NCBI GenBank assembly: GCA_040954595.2
Contig: CM082594.2
Coordinates: 11,982,985 to 12,046,984 of the forward strand
From: Balanoglossus misakiensis
Lineage: Eukaryota; Animalia; Hemichordata
Reading direction: 5' to 3'
DNA length: 64,000 nt
Each line of letters opens with the position of its first letter. Position 1 is the stretch's first letter. Positions 13,914 through 26,700 of this stretch are shown here, piece after piece. Below the pieces are notes generated by a model that was not told the DNA's origin, made no database searches, and was given only the letters and a program-made list of their open reading frames with translations. Position numbers and translations under genes: made by a program.

Positions 13914-16664
13914 CAGCTTCTTTTATTATGTTTATCTTATCTCTGGGTAATAAATCATAGCAACAGATTATTTGCCCGTCTTTTGCCAAAGCTCCCAGTC
14001 ACTTTAGATGCCATATTTATGAATGTCTCATTTGCAGTTGCTGTGATACTGCATAGCAAATTACATATTTTATGACTTTGTTTCAGGGCAATTAATCTTT
14101 CTTCTATTGTTTTGTATTCACCCAGTAATGTTATTTTATAATGCTACATCATGTGTGTTTGAGCACAAGCGGTATATTTTTCCACATTTATTAGGCAATT
14201 CATTTTACGACATGCCATTTGGAATTTGCAACATGTAGAGTTTCTTCAGATTTAAGTCTGTATTCGTGAACAGTTTTACGCGATCACATCCCCCGGCAAC
14301 ATTCTTCAATGGAAATCAGCAAGTACCCTTCGTCTTGAAAACAAAATATCCCAAACACACTTACTGTGATTTTACTGTTCATACCTATAAGAAAGGAGAC
14401 AAGAATGAAAATTACTAATTCATATTATTTGCGTTACACACACTATGGCCTTAATATTTGCTCGATTTCCCTGGGTGATATTGTTGGCCTACTTTAAACA
14501 TATACACATAAAATGACCATAGATTACCGAACACACTGAGTATATAAAAATGGAATTAAAGTATAAGAAGCTCTCTTTGTGACGTTAATTAGCCTCTTTA
14601 CGAGTGTATAACAAGCTTCTTTCAAGTGTATTCTACCGTACATCTACAGACTTATAATTAGCGGTCATTGAACGATAGAAAAATGTGGAAAAATCCTTTA
14701 AATTGAATGTGGAAATATTCCTTAAAACTTTAACACTTTTTTGTCACAATTCTGTAAAATTAGCAATTTGTTTGCTATTTTTTTATTCAGTAGCAATAAA
14801 TGCTTTCTAAACAACTTTACTTAAACTATGCTTCCATTAAAAACTCAATATCATAATGGTGAACACATAAACAATATCTCATGGTTAACATGGCCTTTCC
14901 AGGCTATTTCCCGGCACTAAATTGCTGGATTCCTAAAATGAAATTTATGGCCGCTCTCAGGTCTGGATTTGACGATGAATAAACCAGCTGCTTATACCCT
15001 GAGGGTATTTCCCTTGTTGACTGTGAATTCTTACGCTTAATGCAGCACCCCTTGTTTGGCAACTGATGATTATTTGTCAACATGGAGTCAGATTATCAGG
15101 TCAAATGGCTAAAAAATCAAAGCAAGACAGAAAGACAGACGGAAGACTAACAAGCTACAAAGCTAACAGGAGACCGATGAGAACTATAAACTGCATCGTA
15201 CATACTAGATATACAAGCGACTCAAAACAACAGACTGACCAACAGACGTGATCTGGGCTATGTTGTGCTTCTGTAAATTTCTTTGAATTCGCACCGTTAC
15301 ACGTTTTATGACTATATACGTCTCCCTGCCAGGCTTTTTAATATTCAGCCTAGGATAGGAGATATGCGCATGTTAACTGAATCAATAAATTGATTATACA
15401 ATAAAATCATGCCTGGTAGGGTAAAATGGCAAATCAAATCGAGACAAATATATTGACAATATTACAAACAATGTAAGGAATATAAAATAGAGAATAAAAG
15501 TTGAAGTTGTAAAAACGGTGAAATATAATGACAGCAAAATCACCATTTTATGAAAGGTACACTGTGTGATGACGACATTTAGTAAAGATTATAACTGACC
15601 GAAAGATGCCTGAACCTACATGTACCTACGGTTAGAGTAACTGACTTTTTGTTCAATTTTATACAACACCTTTCAGTCACAGTGTTGCATCGATAAAAAT
15701 CTGCAATTAGATAACCACTCTGCTTTGTAGCGCTGTTTGTCCATACTTTCTGCTTATGAAGCGTGTGAAATCACTAAAATTTGACACAAATTATTCATGA
15801 ATTGTTTGTTACCACTGGTAAGATTACAGCGAAAATGAATGAAATCGATTAGCTTGGATACATAGCCATACAAATTATTTTTGTTTCTTTTGAGCATTTT
15901 GTGCAAAATTTCAATGACGATGTATTGGATTACAGTCTGACATTGTTGTTGCTATGTTCATATTATGTCCTAAAAATTTTCAATAAAAATACTGAGATAA
16001 ATTCCACACAGATGTTTTTTTCCGATCGCATTACGAGCTAGTTCTATATAAGGCATTCAAATTGGTGTATATTAATATTAAAGACTACCGTGAAAAAAAA
16101 ATCAAGTTGAATACAGTCCAATTTTGTGTCGTCTCCCAAACACCGTTTTTGAACATCATCCATTTTGTCAGAATGGTGGAAAATTATAAATACGATCCAC
16201 TGGGTGACAGATGGATCTCCTTAGCTAAACCATAAAGCCTGTCAGTGCAAATGACATCGGCCACAACTGACATTTATCTGTTGTGCTGTTTCATAATATC
16301 CACATCAGAGAAACCATTGTAAATCTTGATCTTTGTAACTGTATATAGGTGGGGAGACTGACTCCCTTGTCTTCTGGTACATGTATAATTTCAGTAATAA
16401 AAATGATGACTTCTTCCATCATTTGAAACATAGCCGCAAGCAGTAGCTGTGACCGAAATCCTGTGAGATTGGGAGAAATTATACAACAGTTGTTGTGATT
16501 CATATGTCACCAGTGGAATGTACGATACCTTTGTGGGTAATAAGATAAGTCGAGAATTTTCGAGAAAATCATCAAAACCTCTCACTCGTATAATTTTGGC
16601 ATGTATCCTACATAAAGTAACTTCATTCCCCTCGTTATGACGTGTAGTGATTATTTCCTCTAGT

Positions 16665-16830
16665 TCTCGCGAGGGGTGTATGATAGCAATTCCTTCTAAG
16701 CCTGTGATTGAACTCTCGCGAGAACTGGCAGAACCACGTTAACAGAAATCGCAATCCGCACATGGTATAATCTGATCTAGTAGGCTAGCAACCGCATTAC
16801 CATTGTCCACAATCGCTCTTCTGATTGGAC
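16665..16830 (+). promoter_or_regulatory. Putative proximal promoter of gene A (TCTCGCGAGA motifs plus inverted CCAAT box)
   Basis: TCTCGCGAG at 16665, TCTCGCGAGA at 16714, CTGATTGG at 16821; 220-380 bp upstream of the ATG at 17047. Confidence 0.4.
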
Positions 16831-17046
16831 TTCAACACAACGTGTACAGTGCTATGTAAGAAGAAACTCTTGTTCACAGCATTGCCACTCGATAAATGTT
16901 GTGCTATCCAAACTCCTCTAGACATTACTCATGCATGCTGTAGCAGAGAGAGCAGCAGTCTTCATCCAAATCGTTGAATCGTATTGAACTAGCAAGTCCT
17001 GTGTATTATTGCACTTGGCCGGTTGCTGAAGATCGTCCTCCAGAGA

Positions 17047-17782
17047 ATGACGAATCAGTGGTACTACATTTTGAGCCTGGTTGTAAAAAACACACTTTTA
17101 ATCTACGATTGTCTGTATCGATCAAGATTGGCAACCGTCGCTGCGTTTATTGTTCTAGCCGCTCCTAATGTCCTTGGCAACGATTTTCGCATCCTCTTAT
17201 CGCTGGCCGATTGGAACACCCCATACAGCAAAGGACGAACCGGGGCCGCGTACTACATAGCACTAGAAAAGGTTAACCAAGACCCAGCGCTGCTTCCCCA
17301 TCACCGACTCGTGCACACGCTGTACAACTGCTCAGGATATGAAATCAGTACGATCGAGCACATATTGGAGATGCGGCAAAAGGAGAATTATACCGCATTC
17401 TTCGGACCTGTGTACTCGGTCGAAGCTGAACCAATTGGTAAGCTGTCGATGGTGTGGAATATTGCCTACATGTGTAGCAGCTGCCCTGATGATATGTTCC
17501 TGATTAAAAAATTCAGATATGAAACCATGATACGGACATTTGGCACGTTTGGTCAGCTGGGTGGCTTCATAGTTGCCATCGCCGATAAGTTTGGCTGGAA
17601 TCAAGTCGTGGTTCTCGTTGAGCAGAACACCACAAGTCCAGCCACAAACCTATTTGAACAGCCAGCCAAATCATTCCGCGACGCCGCTCTCAAGAAAAAT
17701 CTAACTATCAACGAATTTCACTACTTCAATGGCACCACAAACACTATTGAAACTTTAAAGAAAATAACACAGAAAGGGCGCA
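17047..17782 (+). CDS. Gene A exon 1 (signal peptide and N-terminal ectodomain)
   Basis: MTNQW...[19 protein letters not shown]...KKITQKGR; donor GTGAGT at 17783; start codon inferred. Confidence 0.88.
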
Positions 17783-20700
17783 GTGAGTATTGACATACCT
17801 TGCAGGTTCAATTTTCTTTCACGTTTTTTCTTTCGGCATTGAAACACTCTGATTGCTTTTTGCTTTCTAAAAGTGTCTTCAAGTGTGAATTATGCCAATT
17901 ACACAGTCACATACCACATTCATGGATTGGAAGCTCCATCATTCAAAACCTTAAAGCCAGTCAAATTATCCCATCACTTGCGATTACATCCCTTTGGCAA
18001 CCATTGCAAAGTCAGCAACTTGCACATTTTCAACACAAAATAAGGCAAAATACAGCTGGTTCACTTAAATGTCTGCATGACCTCATGTACTGATGTGTGA
18101 ATACACACTTGCACGGATTTGCTTGAAATTAAATCGTGGTGTACTTCCAAACATGTTGGCTCTCCAACTATATAGTTAATACACCTAATGGAAATGTACT
18201 CCCCGGGACTTTGATTCTCTTTGCTTCCGTACACACATGTTGGATCACGTGCCACTACTGTATATTGCATCAATGGCTGCACCTTTCTGAAGATCTCATG
18301 TAATCTCATAACATTGTATCAAATAAATTGCTTTGTGTCCTCATAGTAAGGAGCTAAACAAAAGATAATGGTCATTAAATTTATTAAGCTATATTTTTGT
18401 ATTACGTTACCCAGTAAAAGATGCACGTTTAACCATTCATTAAAGGAATACAATCATCTCTGTAGAAATAAGGTGACGTTTTAATGATACTGATATTTTA
18501 TCATGTCTCCGCACGACTGAAAATGTAATCATGCCGAAACTGAGCCGAGTATAAATATATAAACTCGCAATTTCTAAAACACTGTATGGCTAGTTAATCA
18601 TTTGTTGTAAACTATACCAATGATTGTATATCTTTGAGCAAATAGGGTTACTCCAGTTGGACTTATTGAACCGAAAAATATGAAATACCGATATATTATA
18701 TGTGGCTATATTTTATATCAAACATTGTTTGTATATATAAGTACATGCATTCCTTCTCTTACCCTGGGTTCTAAGGTTAAAAACGTCGACATTCTTGTAG
18801 CTGTGTGAATATTCTCGCTTTCATGCCCAGATGAATGCTGGTACTATTATGGCATTTTCAAATGAAAGAGCTCACAACTCGTTCATTGATAACAATATAA
18901 GTTAAATCAATGATTATTTTAATTATACTTGTAGTGGGTGTTAACTTAAGTGCAAGTTCTGACTTCTTATCAGTGTTTGGAGCCTTTTTCAAATACGTTT
19001 TCCCCACTCATGAAGCAGGATATCTGCAATTTACATTATCTAAAGTTGAGTTGAAGAAACTTTGGTTGCAGGAGATAACCTTGCAAGTGATTTTACAGAA
19101 TTCAAGGTCACAGCTCAAGTGGGTATATGCATGATATGAGAGAAGTCTTATGGTGCTTGGGGCCTGCAACAGCAATCATTGCACCTAATCAGGAAAGTAA
19201 TCTATAGATAGAAATCGGGCTTCCTTTGTTGGAAATGACCCCGTACAGGGCTTGTAAATATTAGCTACTTTAAAAACTTGGTAGAAGAAAATAGGATAAA
19301 GATAAAAAAACTATAGATTGTATGCATGGTGTTGCATATATGAGTATTTTTTTGTGATATATACAAAATATATGCCCTGGCTTTCTCCTAATGTGGTTTA
19401 AATGTCAATGGCGAGAAAACATGTTTTTCCCTGATTTTGTTATGAAACCCAGACAGCCCCATTACTGATGTCATCAGCCTGTGCTCATATGTCTTTCCCC
19501 CAGAATCTAATGCAGAAGTATAGCCTTACAGTAGTTTTGCAAAGTCAATTTCCCTGTGAGATTTTGACTTTCATTCCTTTGATCCGCACGTAGCCTGGTT
19601 GCTCACCGAAGGGTCATTAATGCTGGGTGTCTAAGGCACTGTATAGATGAGAGAGATGTTCTCCTGAATGCATTACTGGTTGATCATAACATGGAAAACC
19701 ATTCATTTTATGGCAAGGACTAATCGAAGCAAAACGCTGCCAGAATGTAATGCAAGGTTTTTGTGACAAGATAAAGCCAACACACTGCCTTAACTGGGTA
19801 ATGTACAGTACATTCTTTACATTCAGGGATCAACGCAGAGTTTTTTTACAGATGAGGCAGTTCGGTTCAATGGACCATTGTCTTCAATGACTACCTGTAA
19901 AACACATGTTCACATTAGGTATTATTGCCTAAATTCCCGCTCAGCTGTTTCCACTGTAAACCTTATATCTTGATTCATATGTACAGTCAATATCATCGCT
20001 TGTTGCATATATGTATATCTGTATCCTTGGAAGGATAAATATCTTGTATTGTGACCATTAACAACGGAAAATATTGTTACAATCTGTTGTGATAGTGCTT
20101 TTAAATACTTTGCATACTCCCTTGGATGAGTATAGCTGTCCTGTGCATCCCCAAAGAAATCTAAAGAAAAAACTGATAATTGATATGTCAAAATGATAGT
20201 ACAATCTCCTTCCGAAAAGGGAGATTGCACGCAGTAATGAAACTTTTTGTGATAAAACAACTTTTGCTGAAATGAATCTGTCAGACTGGGGAAACAGAAC
20301 ATGAAACTATAGTTGTTACACAGAAAAAAATATTGAGAAAAAATCAAAGATTACAGATAGCGCCCCTTTTATCTTTTTGGGTTAAATCTCAAGGACAACG
20401 GCGACCCTTAACCAAGCGATCGTGACATCTTCGCTAACTGGATGAAATGCACATACCCAAATACCTGATGAGGCATAAAGACGTTAGTCACGTTATGGTT
20501 GGCATAGTTTGCCTGTAGGTATGTTTTAAAAAGAACTCTGGTGCATTTCCAGGACTATATAATTAATATAACTTGGAATATTGTGAGAAGAAATCTAGAC
20601 AAGGCCGTATGAAAATATCAGCGTGTATGATTTTGTCTGCGTGGAACCCCACTGAATATCTGGCATCTAGGAAGCTTTGTTCCTGCGCTATAGGCTGTTG

Positions 20701-23700
20701 CCTATTGTGCCAATCATGTCTTATTTTGTGTTAACATATTTTCATTTGTATGGCTTGCCAGATGAGAATAGCACCAATGTGGATAGCTCGTTACATTCAA
20801 TGTCTCATACATTGGCTGCAAACTGAACGTCTGTTGCTGCTGGGTTTTGGTTTTAGGCAAACCATGTCTTTCGTGAAAACCTTGGCTACACACACTACAG
20901 ATCCAATGAGTGCAATTAACTTACCCAAAACCAGATAATAGACGAATATTTCAATATTATTAGACTTGCGATTGATAAAGCATTGACTCTTAAGGATCAT
21001 GGTTCAGAAAGTTCAAGCTGATCACTTACGTTGCAGAACTAATGCAGAAAGATAATCATTTCTTCCAATATAAGAATATTACCTTCTTCCAATCGTATTT
21101 ATGTGCAATTTGAGCTTATTTCAAATCTCCCATTTGGCAATTTAGCAATTGTGTGCAAACAGAAATATGGTCTGACGGTGTTATTGAATTTAGCTTTCCC
21201 TAAATGATATGGAAGTTTATTTAATATTGAGTCCAAAAAGAAGTCTTTTGCATGAAGTAAAAGCCTTTGTTGTTCTATCAGCAGGAAAGTAATATTCTGC
21301 CTCACTGATTATCAGATCACTCGAACGTGAACAGTGTCTTATCTCTATGACTTCTAGTAAAAAGTAAAGGGAAACACTATTTGTTCTTCGAAGGACACGG
21401 CTTGCAATGATACCTTCCAAACATGAACCATGCTATATCTTTTAATATACCAGAAAGGCCCTGTGATGACACAAATGCACAAAGACTGGTCATTTTCCTA
21501 AATTGATCTATCTAACAAAAAGAATAACATTAACTCTTTGAGACTAATTTTCACAAGTATTTTTTATTTTTCAAGGCATGTAGAAATTATACCTCCCTAC
21601 TCTGGAGAGACAAACCGATCAATATAAAGCACTAAATACTACATGAATAGCTCATACAACATCACGCATCTCTAACTTACGCGCATAGGATGACAAACCA
21701 TAAATCCCAGGTCTGTGCAACTTTTCAGAGCACTGCCGCAGGAAATGGACAGAACGTGGCATAATTTGTTTTGTCTCACTGTTGGAACGAGGACGGCAGT
21801 GAAACGTGGGATTCCCCCAGGAGGTCGAAAATGCTCCAGAACACTGGAAGCTTGCATCCCTCCTGGTTAAAGCCCACAGAGCTTGAAGGTGAATAATGCT
21901 TTTATACAAATTGACTATAGATCTTCAGAATGATAGTCAGATATGCTGCAATTTTTATGCAATATCAATAGGTTCCTTAAGGAAATGTTTTTGTATTGTA
22001 CACTTTTGGAAGTATAGGTTCTTTTTCATTGTAGGGAATTGAAGAATAGTTCGTTCCTTTGCACAATACAGTGAAGCTAAACCAAACCTATATTTACTAG
22101 TACATTGATTGGTTATTTAAAATTTAGAGACATTTATGAGAGAAAGGGGACACCCTAGGTGCGATTCAAGTGCCAGTCAATTTAAGCAAGCTAATGGTGT
22201 GATTACCTGCTTATTCACTTTTATAGACTGTCATGTTGTCGGCAACTGGTACCCCTTCTTTGAAGATATTGTGTTCATAAGAAATACCCGAGGGGTTGAA
22301 GATACTGCTTGTCTTTTAATAAAGAGGAAGCTCCCCTGATTTTGTTTGTAATGCCCCCCCCCCCCCCCCCAAATCTGCCCTGGGCACCATTGAAAAAGGC
22401 GATTATATATACATACCTTTTATTCCCGACCGATCTCATTATTTGTATTATTTCAAGTGTAGGATCTCTTCACCAGACCGTTCAAATGTGTGAAAGTTGC
22501 CATGACAACTAGTTCGAAATCAATGGACTCTGTTTTTATGTTACGAAACAGACGTCACTCTTTGAGCGTTAGAAATGCAACTTTAATCACATTCCATTTC
22601 TTCTCGAATTCTTTCAGTGTAATCCAACACAACAAGCAAATTCTTTTCAACATTTAGCAATAAAATTCCATTAATGTGGATTTTCCATTTCCCGATATGG
22701 ACAAAATACGAGGTTACTTGTTCATATTTTATCTTGAACCTGCATCTGCATTTCACATCATTCACCACACTTCATAGTATAGAACAGAAAACAGGTAATT
22801 ACGCTGAACACATGATTGGTATTTAACAACTATAGTCAATCTGTTTTCACGTACTCTACCCGGACTATTAAATACCGTAGTCATTTGTTACAAGAATTCT
22901 TATACATGTATGTGCTTTTGAAATGCTATAAAAATACAGTGCAGATTACTTGAAAGAACGTCCGATTATCAATTACTCAATGTATATGTGCTTGAGACGT
23001 CCCTTATTTGTATGAATGCAATGGGTATTTATTCTTTATATATTTCAGAATTCAGTGTCTTTCCCCATGTTATTTGTTAATGCAACAAGACTGTTTCGGC
23101 CATCTAACAATGAACTACATTAATAGGCACAACACAATCCATTTCATCTTTAATCACCATGGTTACGAAAAAGCCTCCACCACCAGAGCAACACCGACAG
23201 AACACTTCTCTTCCTGAGAGCTTGAACTGCTTATCATGTAAGACTTCAAACCGGAAAAAAAATCTATGAAACAACACTTCACAACAGTTGCTCCAAGTTG
23301 ACTGCATCCTGTTCTAATGACAAGCAGTTCCTGCTCAACAGATTGCTTTCCCGCTAAAGAGGTGTTGATAAGTCTGGCAAGCAGTCATGAGTGGCATGGA
23401 GAGTTATACTCTTCTCCATGATGAGGCTGGTGTCTTGAACGATTTTCTAAAGTAACATATCAAAAGGACAGCAATAAAGATGGACTAGAGAATGGTCCTT
23501 CACTGATAGTAAAGTATTTTCAAGGTCGTGGAGAATGGCTCTAAAATTTTGTACGATAGTTGAGAAGAACTTTCAGTCACATCCGAAAATGTGAACAAAT
23601 CTGTTCTATTGTATTTGTATTAAACATAATCTCCTGACATAATGACTTGATATTTGTTGACAAGTCATCATAAACAGAATATTGTGGACTAACTTTGATT

Positions 23701-26700
23701 TCTATAATTCACTTGTCTCTTGAAAAAATAACACTGTGTGTTTTGTGAATTCATTTTATTTTCCAGGGTTGGTCTGGTTATGTTTAACAATACACAGGTA
23801 ATCTTAAAACCATTTCAAAAAAGTATGATGACCCTGATAACCTAATGCAAACTACAATTGGTCAATAAAAGTTGAAAATTTGCACAAGGCAATTGCAGTT
23901 GATGTGCACTTAATGTAGATAAAATACCCAAAAGCCAATACCGTAGAATTTTGATTGCATGTAATTTACCCCTGATTAAATTTATGCTAAATATAACATT
24001 CGAAGAACACTGGACGTCTTGGGGATAGAATTGTAAAATAAGTGAATAAATTGTAAATAGGTCTAAACATCTAAAAGCCGTTTAAACCAAGAACAAGCTT
24101 GATCGCTTTGCATTTTTGCAAATAACAGCAGTCATGTCATTGACTCCTTCATTATTTTGCTCTTACTTTTCTGTAAAGGTGCGACTGATACCGTCTCCAA
24201 ATGTGGCATTATCTCATCATATTCAGCCAACGTAATACTGCTTTGATTGGCTTGTCGATTGAGTTGATTTTTTGTTCGGTTCGGTGGATAGAAGCATGAG
24301 CTGTGCCAGTTAAATTAAACGAGAGAAAAGCCAGAAGCAAAGATTGACAACTAAGATTACCAGAGAAGTATACGCAATGCGGCAATACGCGATGTCAAGA
24401 TAAACATTGTGATTGGGATACATGTGAAGATAATTGCTCTTGCAAATAGCATTCAGTAATTAGGTTATATATGCTGGTAATGTTGTTCAGGTAAACTAAC
24501 AGAACCTGATAAAATATATCCTCAATTAAAAACACTGACACATGTGTGTATTCAAGCTTTGATAAAGCTCTACGAAATTTAGTACAATGACAAAATCTGA
24601 TACCAAATCGCATAAACCATAAGAAACAAGTATGCGTGTTACGAAAATCACATTTGTTGCATTATGATGGCACATCAAGTATGTAAATAGTGTTTTCCAG
24701 TATTCACATCATAAGCGTCATTTTGATAAGCTGACGTCATTCCAGCAAACCTAGTCATGTTGCTTTTTCTCATTTTTGGTGGCACGACTATCTCGGCCAA
24801 GCATCTTGTTCGCCATTCTGTTTTGATTTATATCCCCCGTGCGTCATTTCCGGTCCCAAATAATCACGGGGGCAGCATTTGCTTGCAGCAAGATGGCTGC
24901 GATATCAGCAATCCACCTCCATCCACTAAAGCAGCAATGAACTACATGTACACCACGTGGGAACGTATTTCACAGCATCGCCGACACGCAATCCAGTTAT
25001 GAGTAACACAACCTGCATCTTTTGAACTTTCATTTTGTATGGAAATATTGCTCCAGTTTCTCTGACATCCCTTGAACTCTTACTAAGCTATACCAGCTGT
25101 AAGTCTTTCACCGTGTTTTAGTCCGTGTAATTGGAGTTGGAATGAAAACTCATTTCAAAATAAAACCGTCACGTCTGAAAACATGCTTTGGAGTTCATGA
25201 ATAGCTTCTTATACCAGGGCGCGAGTGGTACTTGTTTAATAGAGACTTCCTTATCTGTCGTTACCGCAGAAAATGTAAATTAGCACAATATACTTTCTAT
25301 GCAGTAACACTTCAGGACCCATTGTTTACTTGCAGGCTTTATATTAGCACATTCAAATTTATTAAAATATTCTATAACCCCAACACATACAGGAAAAAGT
25401 GCATTATTATTCAGCCATTTTTCTTGCAGAAAAGGCAAAAATGAAAGAATTGATCGCTGGTCTGCCTTTTCTTGATTTTCTTTCTATTCCCCAGAAAGTT
25501 CTGTCAATGTTTTGTCATTCGTAAAACATTTTAGTCTGAGAGCTGTTGTGTTTTCTCGCCGGGCTACCTGTGAACCATGCTTCGTGTCTGCTACACATAT
25601 TCGAAACAGATTGTCTGCAGTATTCCGTCTCTACTTTGATATCAAATAACCCTTCAGCCAGTAGAATGTGAAATGTGATGGCCATTAGACTAAAGCATCA
25701 ATTATTAAATGTTCACCATTACTGCTATTTAGCTAGAATGGGTCAAGGAACTGTCCGCCTGGTCTATGCACATATTTGATATTCATCGCACGGTATACAC
25801 ACTTCTTGATCACAACCATGCGGCTCGACATGTTTCAATAAATATTATCCCTGTGTGAAGCGTAGTCAGTTCAATGATGTCGTGATCCATTTTATAAGGT
25901 GATCAGGTGTGATATAATTATTCAAGATGTTCTGCCAACTGTGACAAATCAAACTGCAGGCTGCTAGAGCACTGCCTCTGGTATACCTTTGTAATATGCT
26001 ATGACTTGTTAATTTGTGTAAACTTTCCCAATGCAGAATTGTATGTGTAACACACAAATGATCGACAAGAGCACATACATCAGACAGACCAATAGTCTAA
26101 CGGAAATAAAGCAAAACACTTTGTCCAGAAGCACACATCTGCCATTATGTAAATGCAATTTATTGATTTGTGTTGAGGAAACAAGACACGAAATCGATTG
26201 CATGTTGCGACACATTAAGAGTGGTTGGAACTATTAACTGAATTGCCTTTTAATTTGTAAGAGTCATTCATTGAGTATGATTCGTCTGACTCCATGTACT
26301 GATTTCTTAAACAAGATGATGATGATGGTGGTAGTGGTCATGATGATAGTGATCATGATGATGATAATAATGATGATGATGATGATGATGACTTACATGT
26401 ATTAGTAATAGTATACTTGTATTACACGTTCTTTCAAAATGTTGATATTTGCAGTTGGTATTGTGATTTTGCAAGGAATGAAAAGTCCAATGTTATATTT
26501 AAAAAAAAAATTAAATCACTTTCTTTTCCGTTTGCAGTTATAATCATCTCGGCAAGAGGGGAGCATGTCAGACGTTTCATGCTACATGCTTATGATCTCG
26601 GTCTGATCAATGGCGAATACGCTTTCTTTTGCATCGAGTTCTTCAAGCAGAAGACCATGTTTGGCGACTTTTCTTGGAACAGCACGGATGGCAGAAATGA

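Noticed and set aside
12650-13989. Long ORFs up to 289 aa (MYVC/HTYI repeats) and near-identical peptides on both strands at 12834
   Set aside because: Artefacts of the stop-free (TACA)n array and of the DNA palindrome; not a CRISPR array either, as there are no unique spacers
17332-17604. Antisense ORFs over cyclase exons (also 43071, 43539, 45897, 57260, 58993, 59959)
   Set aside because: Shadow frames of real coding exons, with no independent protein features
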